A stretch of DNA of 64,000 nt from Callorhinchus milii (taxonomy: Eukaryota), in contig NW_024704742.1 in assembly GCF_018977255.1 (NCBI RefSeq), positions 97,156,001 to 97,220,000 of the forward strand. The letters are read 5' to 3'. Every line of letters begins with the position of its first letter. The first letter of the stretch is position 1. Shown in pieces: positions 12,101 to 27,100 of the stretch. The notes beneath the pieces are model-generated. The model did not search any database. It saw only the letters and a program-made list of their open reading frames with translations, and was not told where the DNA came from. A program made the translations under genes and the position numbers.

Positions 12101-15100
12101 CGCTCTATAAATGAAATCTTGTTGTTGTTGCCTCCTTCAGGGCACGCCTCAAGACCCTCCTCTTCGACCGTACCTTCGGCCACCTTTTCTGCCCTGCACC
12201 CTCCTGATCCCAACCCCTCCACCCCCGGTTCAGGTCCTAATCCCTGACTGTTCAGCACCTTGGGACATACTCCTGACATGAAAGGCACTTTACAAATATA
12301 ATTTTGTAGTGTATTAGGCAGATTGAAAAGATCTGAGGCTTGAGAACTGCATGCATTAAGAAAAAACACAAATATTTAAATAATTAACACACTATAATGA
12401 AAAAGTGAATGCTATTATGAACATTGTACCTGAAGAGGAGATCGGATTGTTATTATCTTGCTCCCTTGATCTGCATCAATCTGGCAAATAATGCATCGCT
12501 GAACAGTTGACTCATTGTATGTAATATTGTACATACGACGGCCTAATTTTGTTAGTGGAATCTGTTCAGCAGTAGAGTGACCCTGAGGAGCTGCATGCAA
12601 TCAAATATAACAGAACAGTTTACTGAATACAAGATATAAGAAACATTCTCTCCTGGGATGGTGGTGGGAGGGGGGAAGGGGTGGTGAGAAGATGTGGGGG
12701 AAAGAAGTGGAAGCTCTCACAAGAATACTGTTTAAATGTTAACATGTCAATGTGAATGATCCATCCCCAGTACCCTTGACTCACAGTCTCACTCTTCTCT
12801 GCAAAGCACCAACCTGGGAACAGACAGTCTGTCCAGGGTCAATATCCTGGGGTTTCTGTGTCTGGAGCAGAATACTGCAATCTATTTGACTTGGAAAGTA
12901 AGCATAACAACAAATTGCATTTAAATAGCGCCTTTCACTTCGGAGGGACGTAACAAATGCTGGAAATTGAGGGTTTGCACCTGAGATGGGGGTTGTGGAA
13001 AGATAGCCAAAGATGTGGTCAAATAGGACCTTGAAGAAGGCAATGGAGTTCCAGGGCGTGGGGTCAGATAGTATGACGACCGACACTTGATGGTGGGGTA
13101 GGCAGGGTGGGAGACATGAAGCAGACCAGGGCCTGCTGAGTGGAGGGACCAGGTCGGTTGATAGAATTTAAGAAGATAGCAGATAGGGTGGGGCAAGACT
13201 GTGGAGGGATTCAAAAATGAGGACATGGATCTTGAACTCAATCCTCTGGGGGATGAGCCAGGAGAACTGAGCAAGGGTGCAGGTGATAGGCTCATGGAGC
13301 CTAATACGGTGGAGGACATGAGCTACTGAGTTCTGGATAGTCTGTTCACTTACAAGTAACCCAACATGTGCAAATTGTTTGGTTTCACTACCCTTGGTCA
13401 AGGTTCCATTTATGCCGTCTAAGTTTAGAATTTTAATTTCTAAATTAAAGAATATTTGTGATTATTAGTGCTATATCAATCAGTGTATACATGCAGGAGT
13501 AGGAACTGCCAATTACAATATATATCCTACAAAAGATAAAATGTACAATTACTGTGATTCTGGTGAAGCTTCGAAAGGTTCCCCCCACCACAACATGCTT
13601 TCTCTACATTAATGTTACTATTATTAACATAAAATCGCAAAGTATTTAATAGAGTGAATGCCATAAGGTTATGGGTTCAAACCCCACATTGGGACTTTGA
13701 ACTCATAGTGTAGGCTGACACGATAGTACAGTCCTGGGAGAATGCTGATTGTTAAAAGTGCCATCCTTTGGATGACTTTAAACTGAATTCCATCTGCCCA
13801 TTGCCTGTTCAGGTAGATGTTAAAGAACGCATGGTGCTATTCAAACAAAAAGGGAGTTTCTTCCAGTATCCTGGCCAACAATCCCCCAGATAAAATTAGT
13901 GATTAATTTCAGGGTTGTTTGAGGGACAGTTCTGTGCTCAATTTGGCTGCCACGTTCACATATAAAATACACAGTCACTGCACTTTAAATTAATTCCTGT
14001 GAAGCACTTTGAGATGCTTTGACTCAGTGTAGCACTATATCAACTGCAAGGATTATTGTATTATCATAAATATATTTCACAGAATGTATGTAGTTACATG
14101 CAATGCGAAAGTAAATTAAATTATTTTGAAGCCCAGAGCCTCGAGTTATAACCATCAGAAGGGAATAAATGTTTACTTCATGATGAATGACCAAAATAAC
14201 AATCTTACTTAGTGATATGTAAAAAAGCTTATTGGCCTCTGCACAGGTCAGGTTCAAAAGTTGATCCTTTTCACTCGTGGTTGGCTGGTAATCCATGCTG
14301 AGATTCTCTCCAATTGTCAGTTCATATGGCTCATGTCCAAAGTCTTGATTGATGAAGACAAGCAAATCATGAGGAGAAATGGTAACAGGAAGTCCTAGGG
14401 AATTCTTCACTGCAAAAGGTGCTTGGTCTTTCTGAAATACTTCAGCGGTTTGGCTAGCTGCTTCAGCAAATGCCTAGAAAAAAGGTAAAACTTAGAAGAG
14501 ACAGCTCAATATTGGCAAAATGTAAGCCAATTCTAAGGATATGAATGCTTCAGCCATTTTGTCCCCATTCTCTGGAACTCCATCCCAGAGTCCCTCCGAC
14601 TTGCTCCTTTCCTCCACTCTTTCAAAGCACATCTCAAAACGTACCTCTTTGACTGTGCTTTTGGTCATCTTTCTCCTCCCTCCTTCATCTCTCTTTGCTC
14701 CTACCCCCCAGTTCAGGTGCCCAGCCACCGTTGTGAAGGCACTTTAAGACGTTCCCTCGCTATGAAAGGTGAAACGCTCCCTGACACGACACCGTCTGAA
14801 GGGCGCTATATAAATACAAATTGTTGCTATATAAATGTAAATTTTATTTTAAATTAAGCACTCAGAGACACCACCCCGTGTGAAAGACGCCACAATTAAT
14901 GCAAGTTGTTGTGGTTGGCAATTCCAGACTCCATAGGTTGATTGGTTTTGTAAGGACAGTATTTCAAGCTCACAGACTGGAATTTTAAATAGATATATTA
15001 CAGTAAATCAGCTATGAATCTTGTAGAATGAATAGCTATTAACTCTGCAATTGGTCTTGGGACCCTGATGTTAGTCGTGAAAAATTAAGTTGCTTTGATT

Positions 15101-18100
15101 CATCATGCAATTACCACCCCACCGCCCCCCCCATCCCACCTCCACTTTGGAAGGCACACATTTAAGAATGTTGGGTGAGAGCACAATCAGGCTTTTAAGT
15201 GAGAAAGTGGGGTGGCAAAAAGCTGCAGAAGAAAAAAAAATATGTGGAATCCCTTCCCCACCAATCAAACACATTTTAATAAAATTAATAAAGCACACTT
15301 CAATTACGCTTGCCCATCCTGTGTATACCGTGTGTGATGTTCTCTATTCTTTACTATTGTAATGAACTTGGGAACTGACAGTGTGGAAGGTTACTAGGGT
15401 GGCCTTTGGAGCGTACTCGAGAGGGTGGAAGATCTCTCTCTCTCTCTCTCTCTGAGGCTCGGGGAACGAGGCCCCAGCCTAGTAAACAAGAAGGCTTGAG
15501 GCCTGGGCCACATGGCTTGCTAAGCAGTGGAAGACAGCTGAGCAGTGAGCTTGGGGATTCTGAAGGTGAATGGTCTTAATAGGGGTTGCAGAACACCAAA
15601 TGCAAACCGAGGTGCCAGCACCCCTCTGGAACTGTTACTGGTAAAGTGTGTTGTTTATCTCTGTTCGGACTGTCAAGGTTTCCACCTCCCTGGATGCAAA
15701 TCTTGAATTAAGTGTCCATCCATGTGGCCAAATATAAATCTGGCTCGAGTGTTCTACTATCATTTGACCCAGTTTTATATTTTTAATCTTTAATTTCTAC
15801 CCAGTCTACCGGTATTTCCTAACTGCTATCTGTAATGTTGTTTTGTACCTTTTACTGACCTATCTTTTCTTGTCCTCTACTTCTACTTTGATGTGTGAGC
15901 AAACTTAGAAACCAGTTTTCAGTGGCTGAAAATCAGTTTTGAAGGGGAACTTCAAAAGCTGAGACTTCAAAGAATGACAATCGCATCACAGAAGTGATTA
16001 AGGTAATCTTGACATTTTTTATACCTAAATCAGGATCAAGGATGTCAAATGTCAAATGACGTTTTCACTTTGACTTCCAAAAGGTCTTTGATAATGCCTC
16101 ACACAAGCCTTCTTTACCATTTAACGTCAGTAGGTATCAAGTGCAACAAATGAATTAATAACCGTCTAAAGAAAAGAAAGCAGTGTACTTGTAAGGGAAG
16201 TTAGGTTAAGTGTCTACATGCTCCCCTTGGTGACATCATCCGCAGATACGGGGTAAATTTCCACATGTACGTGGATGACACCCAGCTCTACCTCTCTGCC
16301 TCCACCCTGAACTCCAGGACTACTGGCGTCCTGTCCGACATCAAGTCCTGGACGAGGGCCAACTTTCTCCAACTCAACATCAGCAAGACCGAGGCCCTCC
16401 TGATTGGCTTGCGCCAGCGCCTCCGAACTTCAAGCGCTGGCAGCATCAGCCTCCACGGCTGCACACTCACCCTCACTAAGGCAGTCAGGAACCTGGGTGT
16501 CTTGTTTGACCCTGAACTGTCCTTTCTCCCCCACGTCCGGACCATGACCGGCACTGCCTACCACCACCTCTGCAATATTGCCAGACTCTGCCATTGCCTC
16601 ACCCTCAGGCTGCCAAAACCCTCACCCAACCATTCGTCACCTCAAGGCTCGATTACGGGAACTCCCTCCTCATCGGCCTTCCCAACGCTTCCCTTCACAA
16701 ACTGCAGATCATCCAAAACTGTGCAGCTCATGTACTCTCACGCACCAGGCTCCCCATCACTCCCACCCTCACCCGAGTCCACTGGCTCTCCATCCCCCAT
16801 AGGATCGAATTCAAGATCCTCGTACTCACCAGCCTTTAAGGCCATCCATGGCCTTGCCTCCTCCTACCTCTCTGACCTGCTGACTCCCTATCAACCTGCC
16901 CCTCCCTCCGTTCATTAGGCTCCAGCCTGCTCCATGTCTTCCGCCCTACCTGCCCTACCATCGGTGGCCGGGCTTTCAGCCTCTCTGCCCCCACACTCTG
17001 GAACTCCATTGCACAGTCCCTTCACCTCACTTCCTCCCTTGCCTCCTTCAAGGCCAGTCTTAAGACCCTTCTCTTCGACCGTGTCTTTGGTCTCTCTCCC
17101 ACCTCTCTGCCTTCCCTCACCCCTACAACCAGATTTTCATGATCTTGGTGTATTTAAATGAGGGGTTATTGCAACAAAGTTGAATTTGTAGGTGACCCGA
17201 GCTAAGACTGCGGAATCAAAGAAGGAAGCTAGGATCTAACAAAGGCTGCTCAACAGGATATGTATCTGGGTTTATCACTGACAAATGTTGTTTAATAAAG
17301 ATAACACAAAGGCATTTCAGATTGGAAGAAAAAAAGGAAGCAGACACTACACTCCATGTTTCCCTTCAAATTACTATCAATGTAGGATCACATCACAATT
17401 GTGATTAAGTTGATCCTGAAACAGTTTTATGCCTAAACCAGGAACAAAAGTATCAAATGTCTTATGATTCAGTACATTCAATACATACTTTCAGTACATC
17501 CTGTGAAGCCCTTTGAGATGTCCTCCCGAGGAGAAGGGTACCATATTAAAGGGAAGCATTATTCTCATTATACGTAACATCTCATGTAAAAAGTGATATC
17601 TCAAAGGGGAATCTATAAAAAGCTAATCGGATAAAGCAAGTTAAGTTAAACACTTCAGAAAGACAAGGGTAGTAGGGAAAGAGATGGATTTACTTGTGAA
17701 GGACAAGCTCAGGAAGTATTTCTTTAGACAGATGGCAATTTCTTCAATTGATAAGAAAATCTAAGGACTTATTTGCTACAGTTGAAGCTACATGTAAATA
17801 AGAAATCTTATGAGCCAGAATGACTGTTTTCTAAATGCTGGTAAAGCTGAGTTTGTAACAGGGAAACAAGTCACAGAAATCCCTTTGTGCATGTATGTGT
17901 GGGAAGGGGAGAGAATTGAAAGAAGGTGAAGGTGTAAATGAAACATATGTGAAGTGGTAACTACAACTCTTAATTTATATGGAGAATGCTGACAACAAAT
18001 AATTGATAAGAAACTCTTGAAAACCGAGGTAACAATATGAAGGTTTTTAAAGAAAATATTCTTACCATGCCTAAATTGTTCAGCATGTTCAAACCACATT

Positions 18101-21100
18101 TTGACAATGTAATGTTGAGCTGGTCTTTGGAAGAGATATTAATGACAGTTTTATATTCTGGGACATTGAACAGTTCCTTCTCATTTTCCGTGTTTGCCTG
18201 TTGTTTGACAACTTTCTTCTTTATCTGAAGTAGCAAAGGAGCCAAAGTGAAAGAGAAAATTCTTTTTTAAAAAAACCAATTTAAAAATGGTCTATTATTT
18301 TCTAAAAAATATATACTTTACTCAATCCTTCACATCCAGTGTACATAGCATCTTATCTTTAGTCATTTATAACCTGTTGCAAGTGGAAAAACCTCAAGTG
18401 TTGAGATGGATTTTTTTTCACTTTCCTGAGCAAGAAACTGAAATAAATTTTTTTTTGCTTGCAAATTGTCCATTCTGGACCAATCATTTATACCTACAGG
18501 AAAAAAAACATACACTGTTTGGCCACAAGGGAAGCAACCTTGGGTGCAGATGAAAGTGATAGTCCCCTTTGAACGTAAATAGGCTATGAAGAGCATTTAA
18601 AGGTGAAACTCGTTCAAACAAGAAACTCATCAAATATTTAAAATATACCAAATTGTGTAGGTTCACACCTAAATGAGTAATAATCTGCAAAGGTGCCATT
18701 TTTGAAATCACAGAAGACGCTCTACAATTAAAATACTAAACAAGTTTTGAAATCTATTTATTTGAATTTCATTTCAATATGAAACTTTAGGTGCTGAGGG
18801 GTGCACTGCACCGTCGGAGGTGACTTTTGGATGAGACGCTAATCTGAAGTTCCCCGTTTGTGAAATGCGTTGACACATCCTCCTGACGTGAAAGCGCGTA
18901 CACCAAATACAAAGTTTATTTATTTGTTATTTTTATGGAAAATACCTTTACAATGGGATATAATAGTTAATATTCTTTTTTGGATGTACCATCACCATGC
19001 TTAAGAATATCCAAACCAGTTAATATTCATACTTAGTAACTTCACTTCACAGTAAACCCCATGAAGCGCTTTGAGAGATCCTCCTGATGTGAAAGGTCCT
19101 ACATCAAATGCAAGAAATATTAATATCAATGCATCAACTCTTGAAGTTTGGTCTGAATGAACACAGGGAGAAAGTAAAATATCATATCTCAAATGCAATC
19201 CATCCTCCACAACCAGTCCGAGAGGAGAAAAATAAATCTCGGCAAATTGTTTCTTCTACGCCCTGGTATCATTCTTATAAACCTACCCTGTACTGTTTCC
19301 ATCACTGCTATATCCTTATAGTGTGGAGATCAGAATTGCAACCAAGACTACAAATGTGGTTGAGCCAAGGTTTTGTATAAATTCAACACTACCATTTATC
19401 CAGAAGAAGACTTGTATACTCTACTCTTCTGGATATAAAGCCCAAACTAATAATACTAATACTACTAATACTTTTTGTTTAAACAAGAAACACTTGTATA
19501 GAAATTATACCTGGGTATAGATTTACTCTTTGTTAGCATTTCAAAGTGTGCAGAATTTGGCAAAATGTTGAAAACTCGCTTGAAAATTAAAGACTATTTA
19601 AAAATTTGCCAAATTCTGGACCCTCTGAAATGGTAAGAAAATAGGAATGAACAGCCTATTTCCTCATTATTAATCGTACAACTTCTTTTTAAGTTTTTAA
19701 TTTCAATTTTTTAATTCAGCTCTCTGTGGATGTTGCCTGACCTGCTGCATGTTCCCAGCAACTTCTACTATTTTATTCTTTTTAAGTTAAGTCAGCAATA
19801 GATTTCAATATTGTTATAAACACATGTAAATTAGTGTAAGAACAAACCTTTATCCAAAGTTCCCATGGTCTAAAGCATTCACTGTTTTCAACTTCCAATG
19901 GTTCCAGCAGTGGTTCCCACACTGCAAGCACTTCATTGTAGTAGTGTACCTACCAAAGCAAACACAATATGGATAGTTCCTTCTTAAGCAATTAATAGTT
20001 TGCACCAATTTGATTGCAATTTTATTTAGAAATTCATTATTTTCCCCCCGCTATCCATCATAGATAGGTACCATCCCAGAACTACATATCTGCAGAGGAG
20101 GGCTCAAATAACTCACACTGTTTTATGAGAGACAAATGCATGTGTCTACAATTGGCCAGTAGCATCCCAATAAATAGAGAAGGGCTCAAATAATTGACGG
20201 TCAAACTTCCTCTTGAATGCATCTATACTAATTGATTTAACCACACTATTGGCTGTCACTTGTGTAAAATATTACTCTGATATCACAATATACCATTTAA
20301 ACAACTTATTTTACAGAAGACTATGGAATTAAATGCATAGGTTAGCTAAGAAGGCAGATAAAGTGCAAATGGAATCCATGCAGAAAAATACAAAGTAGTG
20401 CATTTGGGGAACAAGAGGAAAGAAAAAATATACCTCAACAGACAATTTTCTTGTTGAAGTGGAGGAACAGAGATACCTAGGAATACCTTTATGGTTTTAA
20501 AAGTAGGAGCAGAAGCAGATAACACTATAAAACAGCAAATGGAAATTATATTTTATATTTAGGGGCACCAAATACAAGGAGTAACGAAGTAATTTTAAGT
20601 TTGTAAAATAGATTGGCCAGATTGTAGTTAGTATTGTGCCCAATTTTGTGACATCATGAACATGGAGAGGGTGTAGTGGACATCCAGTGGGTCAGGGATG
20701 CCCAAACTTCTGGGCTAACGCCCCTCATAACATTAGGCATCCTGACTGAGGACTCCCACACAACAAATGCATAGAAATTGAGTACCTTACTTTAATTGCA
20801 AACAACATTTTAAAACTGACTGCCAAATGAAGTTCAATATAGAAAAGTGCGAATGTACTACAAATTAGAAGAATAGGAGACGTGTGTATGTTCGGTGCTC
20901 CAAGACACTATCCCATATGAAAGGAGCTATATAAATGCAAGATCTAGGAAGGTTAGTTGACGTATTGGTCACCATGTCAAAACAATGTAATGCAGCAATA
21001 GAACAAGTAGATAGGTTTAGGGTTCTGAAGGGTAATTTCAGGACAGACACCAGTTAAGTATTTATTTAACAACTGAAAACAGAATACTACAAAGAGATTG

Positions 21101-24100
21101 AGGCCAGAATGCTGGACTAAAAAAACAGATAAGTTGTGTCCCGAATCAAATCAAATGACCCGAAGATGAGATCAAATGTCCCAAAGGGCCTTCATCATCC
21201 GACCTCTTGTGATCTTATGTTTATTATAGCAGTTAATTCTAAAGATAAGCATTCTTGTCAACAATTGGCTGAGATATACCCTTCCTTAAATCTGCATTAC
21301 TTTCCAGATAAGCACATACGTATATAAAAGAAATCGATAACAAAAAGAGACAATACAAAAAGATCTGGACACAATATCTTTAAAGGTTTTATATTTAAAG
21401 AAAACCTACCTCTGAAGTAAGGTTGCACTGTAGGTTAATAAAGGTACTCCAATTTTTTAGAGTCCCCTTAAAAGCTGACTTTGCCAGGAGCATTGGAATG
21501 GTTCTGTGTCCAACACCCGCTTCAAGGGTCACACAAATGAATTCTATCACCACGTTTAGGTTCTCACTTGTTGGTACTAATTGTGACGTCAAGGTATTCT
21601 CACTTTTGTTAGCTTTATCATCTTGCAAAAACCAAAATTTTAAATCTTTGACATTCTTTTCATCCCATAAATCAGAAGGGTTTTGACTATTTTTCTCATG
21701 TGGACTCTCAGGAGCTCGACTCAAAGCAGATGTAATTGTGAGCACCGTGTTGATAATAACAGGCGATACCTAGGAAATAAGTAGATGGATATAAAGTTCT
21801 TATTTTTTTGAATTTATTTTCATATAAATATGCAATAAAAGGTTTAAAATTCAATGAAACACTTACTTTTAGCATTAGCAATTTAATTGCCAGTTCCATG
21901 TTTTTTTCACCAGTACCATATTGATTGCTTTGGAAAAACAAATCACATGGCTGTAATACCTGGTTTTAAAAAGAAAATGTGTTGATTAGATAAAACTTGA
22001 GACAAGAGCACTATAACCTCAGCAAAAACACATCTTATAACTATAGTGAAGAACAAGCTACCTTACTCAATTCTAGATTTACCAAGCATAAGCAGCATAT
22101 AGGGCTTTTCATGTCTTAGTGCTTTATGCTGGTAGGCACCCAAGCTTGGGATGGGAGCCAAGGGGGGTGAAGAAGGAAAAGATGACTAAAAGCACAGTCA
22201 ATGCTAAGTTATGCAGTTTTAGCTGGTAAAACTGCAGCAGCACTTCAACACACCCTCTGAGGTCCCTAACTTTGGCTCTTGCCAACCTGCACCTAATATT
22301 CTCTGGAATTAGGTAAACAGGATGCTTCCCTCCAAGGAGAGAGATTGCATTCCATTCCAGACACTGGAAAATTTCCACGTGTAAGTCGCATACATCTATG
22401 GGACTCTGTCTGGTTCGAATATTCTTAAGCATGACCGCATATGACACCCAGGTGACCATTTTTATATTAAAAAAATAAAAAACAAGGTCAATTTAGGTCT
22501 TAAAAAAATTAAACCCTCAGTTGTATTGATTGTCCAATAGTTTTACTCCGTAGAATGATGTAATCCAACACATTTGAATTCATAAATGTAAGCACACCGT
22601 AGCAGTTTGACTTTTCCTCTTCTTTATGAATGGACAGGCCAGAACTTTGAGGTCTCTGACAGTTGCTGTCATTTGCTGACCATCAGGATCACTGTTAATA
22701 GTAACCTCACATTGCGCTGTCATCACTAATGCTGGAGCATCTTCTCTGGTTAAATCTGCCACAAAAACAATCTCTGGATTCCTAACGTAAATTGTGAGTT
22801 CAAATTTGGATGTAGCCTGTGCTGGCGCTGGAAGTAAAAAAGAAAATATAAATGCATACGTATGCAAACTCAAATACACTATTAAAAGGTAGTGCCCTTT
22901 GATTTTGCTAACCTTTATCTTTTACTGGTGCGACTGGTGTTTTTGTTTTCTGCTCTGTAGACTTTTGCTCATTTGCTTTCAGAAAAAAATCAGTCACTGT
23001 GAGTAGAAATTCCATGCTTGCACAAAGATAGACATCATCTACAATAGTTTCCATAAATGTGCCTTCTCGTCCTTGTTTGTACTTTAGCTCAAGCATTATT
23101 TGCTTTTCAGGTCTCATTTTCATCTCCAGCATTCTGAAAACAAATACAGAAACAATTGAGCACTTAAGTCTTGAAATCAGTCCCATGTTTCCATTTGTTT
23201 TAACATATACTGTGCAGTTCTCGAGTGCATTTGAATGCAATTTGAGAGTTTTTCTACCAGGAGAAGGTATAGATTAGATGCTAAGTGTTCGGCCTATAAT
23301 GAATAATGAAGATTTGCCAGATAATCATTTCAACTTAGTAGTTATAACAAGCAAATAATTTGAATCCTCCCCGAATTCAATATTTAGGTATTCAATCCCA
23401 TTTTCTTGTTCCAAATTAAATGTTACATTTAAAACTTTAAATATTGCTGCAGTTTTAGGAGTGAAAACCTAGAATTATGAATGTTCCACATTACGTGCTA
23501 CTATTATTACATGTTAGGTTCATTTGTGGAGCAATGCTGGGAAGTGCTGAGGCATCTTGCCTTTATCCTAGTGCTCAGGGATGTGGGGGGGAAATTTGAA
23601 ACAGAATAATGGTACCCAAAATGTAAAAATAAATAATAAACAGGTGTTGTCATGACTAGTATGAAGAAAAATGCCTGCAAGACTTTTGCATATCTGCAAC
23701 ATAATGTTGAATTGTTAGTACTGGTGCTATACTAACTTTGTGGGTAACATAAGATAATTCTCAGGAGTTGTTTTCAAACTGACGAAAATAGTGTTAGTTT
23801 TAATTGCATCAGATAACCTCTTCTTTCCCCCAGTATATTGTGTAATGCAGGTAAAACACAGTTCCTTTACAACTTTTTTAAAAAAAACACACAAGTCGAG
23901 TATATACAGGTTCATTAAAGAAAATGCAAGAATTCAAATCACCTTGACTTAGCTTTCTGTATTGCATGTCGCTTATCGTCCAACATACAGTTGGAAAGTT
24001 TTACAACAGCATTCATGGATCCATCAGATATCATCTTAACAGAAGCAGAGACAGTGTGCAATTTGAACTGTGCTATCTGGTGCTGTTCAGATCGCTTTTG

Positions 24101-27100
24101 TTCAGGAATTGCCATCTGATACAATGAAGAAAAAATGCAATAAATGTATTTAATCATAACCTTCATGTTTATAGACTCCAATTCAAAGTTTTTAAAAATC
24201 AATTTAATGGAGCGTGTTTGAACGTTATCTGTCTGAGGAGCATAGACATAGGAGAGTATAGTTTGTCATATTTGTTTGCCTGATTGAACATCAAGATTTA
24301 TTCCACATTTACATACATAGGTCCAAGTACTCAAGGGCACTGCTGATAACAGACCAACCAGCTTGGCTTATCAGCACAACCTGGAAAGGCAGACCAGTTA
24401 CTGGGTGCAGGCATACCTCCCACTTGGCTCTTGTTAACCTATAAGCCAAACCCCTAATGGGTAGGGTCGTTGTAGCTGGACAAGCAGTGGGAAGCTGCTT
24501 CGCAAAATTGCCTAAAGAACACTTTCAATACTAATGATGATAAATGAGTAAATTTATGCAAATTGAATCTTATTTTCCCCAGATTAATGCATTAAATTAG
24601 AGTTAATATCTAGGGATTATGATAATAATAAATAATAATCCTTGCATTTGATATAGCACCTTATCACATCTTCAAGGCGTCTACTGTATATTGCGCGGGC
24701 GAAATGCAGCAGCCAATCGCACACAGCAGAGTCCCACAAACAGTGTAGGATTGAGTGACCAAATTATTATTATTATTTTTTGAAGGGTTATTACCCCCGG
24801 AAAAGCGATCTGCCAATTGCCTAACAACTGAGTTCCTACTTACTGCAAGGTAAACAGAGGCGTGTGAAGTATGGAAACCTGCCCAAAGTTTTGCCCTGCC
24901 CGGCAAACGATCCAGGTCCTCTCGCTTGCGAAGCGAGTGCTCTAACCACTATGCTACAGGACTCCATGATATGGTGGCACTTTACATAGTTGTTTATTGG
25001 GGTACTTTTTCAAATTACAGGATTAATGTAACTTGAAACAGTACCCCAATAAACAATAATATACAATGCCACCCTATCATAAAGCACTTGGTTATTGTGA
25101 GAACTTGGTTATAACATAGTTGCAATATAGACCCTATTCACTAAAGATGTCACACCCAGCCCACTTGCTTCTCGCATGCTGACAGGCTCTCACACTAAAA
25201 TGGTCAACTTTGGGAAAATTTGGTCGCAAATTATGTCATTTTCTGCTTTGCACATGAACTGCAACAGGAAGCGATGTGGTGATGCCCTCGATCTGCAATT
25301 CAGCCTTTATTTTATATTGTCTCGCATTATGATGTGGCCTGGGAATTTATATATCGAACCACTGCATTATAAAGGGACTTCACCGTAATACACAATTTGC
25401 TATGTTACAGATTTGGTATCAGGAAAGCACTAAATATTTCATATAAAAATCCAAAAAGGTAAGTTAATTGTTTCATTATCAGAAATTCGTTAGAAAAGTA
25501 AGAAAGATTAATGCTTTACCGGATCCAAGGCTTGGCTGTCAAGCACTAATGAAAGTTCATCTAACTGAAAATCCAATTTCAGCTGTGTTTTAATTTTTAA
25601 GGGTTTCTGTGTTTCCACAACAGCAGCTGTTACTACAGTTCTTCCTGAAAAAGATAAAGTTATATTTTGTATTGTTACAAACTGTAATTAGCTCAATATT
25701 TTACTTACCTCTACGTTATTCTGCTTAGATGTGTCCAAACACCACAATAATTGTCTGTAGATACTCTCTAATGTATCCAAAGGTATTGATTTGCTTTACT
25801 GAGAATATTCTACCCTTTTCATGCTTCAGACTTTCTTCAGAAGTGTTTCCACTTTGTTGCTATGTACCTCCTGCATCCCCAAAAACCTGTTTTTTCCTGC
25901 ACCATGACTGCCATTACAATACAATACAAAATTACATTTGCATAGTGCCTTTCACATTAGGAGGACTTCCAAGGCGCTGGACAGTTAGGGATTTGGACCC
26001 GAACAGGGGTGGAGGTTGGGATCAGGGAGCATGGCGGGCAGGGAGGATGGCCGAAGGTGTGGTTGAAGCGGAGGGTCTTGAGAGGTGCCTTGATGGAGGC
26101 AAGGGAGGGAGCGAGGCGAAAGGAATGTGCGATGGCATCCCAAAGGGGTGGGGGACCTTTGGAATTATGATTTGAGAGATCAGCCTTGTGAAGAAGCTAA
26201 TGGATTGTCCCTCTCCCAGTATAACAAAGACCTAAAAGTCAGTAGAATTGAGGGATGAAGCCTATATTCCAACACTAACTCCACATGCTGGTGCACAAAC
26301 ACATTGACTGAGTCTCTTCATGGAACTTTACCGGCAGATAATTGCTTAAGAGTATCCAAACCAGATTGGGAGTTCCACACATGTATGCTGTCTACATATG
26401 GACACTTTCCAGTGTCTGGAACAAAACAAGACACTCTCTCCCCGGAGAGACATGCCCCACTTTTCCAGTTCTGAGAATAATAAGCACAGGTTGTCAACAG
26501 CCATGCTGTAGGGGGCCTAGAGTCTGTGCTATGGTACAACAGGAGTTTAACCAGCTAAACCCATATAACTTGACATTGGAGAACACTGTCTGGCAAATTT
26601 CCTGCTGTTTGTCCAGCTGAGAACACCTATCCATTAGGCCTTTAGCTTGCAAAGTTAATAGGAATTGAGTGGGAAGAATCCCTACTTCCCGCAACTAGTC
26701 AGCCCCTTCCAAGTGTTGATGATGAACCAGATAGACTGCTCTGTCATCAGCAGTGCCCTAGAGTACTGCAGCCCCCGACTTAAGAACCGTACTTCCATGA
26801 CCTCTACAGATCTGATTTCATTGGGTCTTTCTATTACCAAACATGTCACCTTGGAGGCATCTCAGCTCCAAGGAGGACTAACCCCAAGGAGGAGTCATTA
26901 GTTGGTAGGAACTATTGTGTCCCATCCATACCCACACTATTGCTTCAGTATTTTTTTAAACCCAGTGTTAATTTAGGTCCTTTAAATTATTTAATAGATA
27001 TAGCATACAAATAGAATACAATTCAATGCTTACTTTGGTTTTTATTCTGTGGGAAAACAAATCTAATTTATTATTTCATGACTATGACAGAGTTCTTCTA

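Noticed and set aside
15358..15850. Possible solo LTR starting TGTAATG
   Set aside because: No matching CA end with TSD and no second copy found
25703..25760. Second cryptic exon with a GAG|GTAAGT donor
   Set aside because: The downstream intron would be only about 64 nt and there is no convincing acceptor pyrimidine tract
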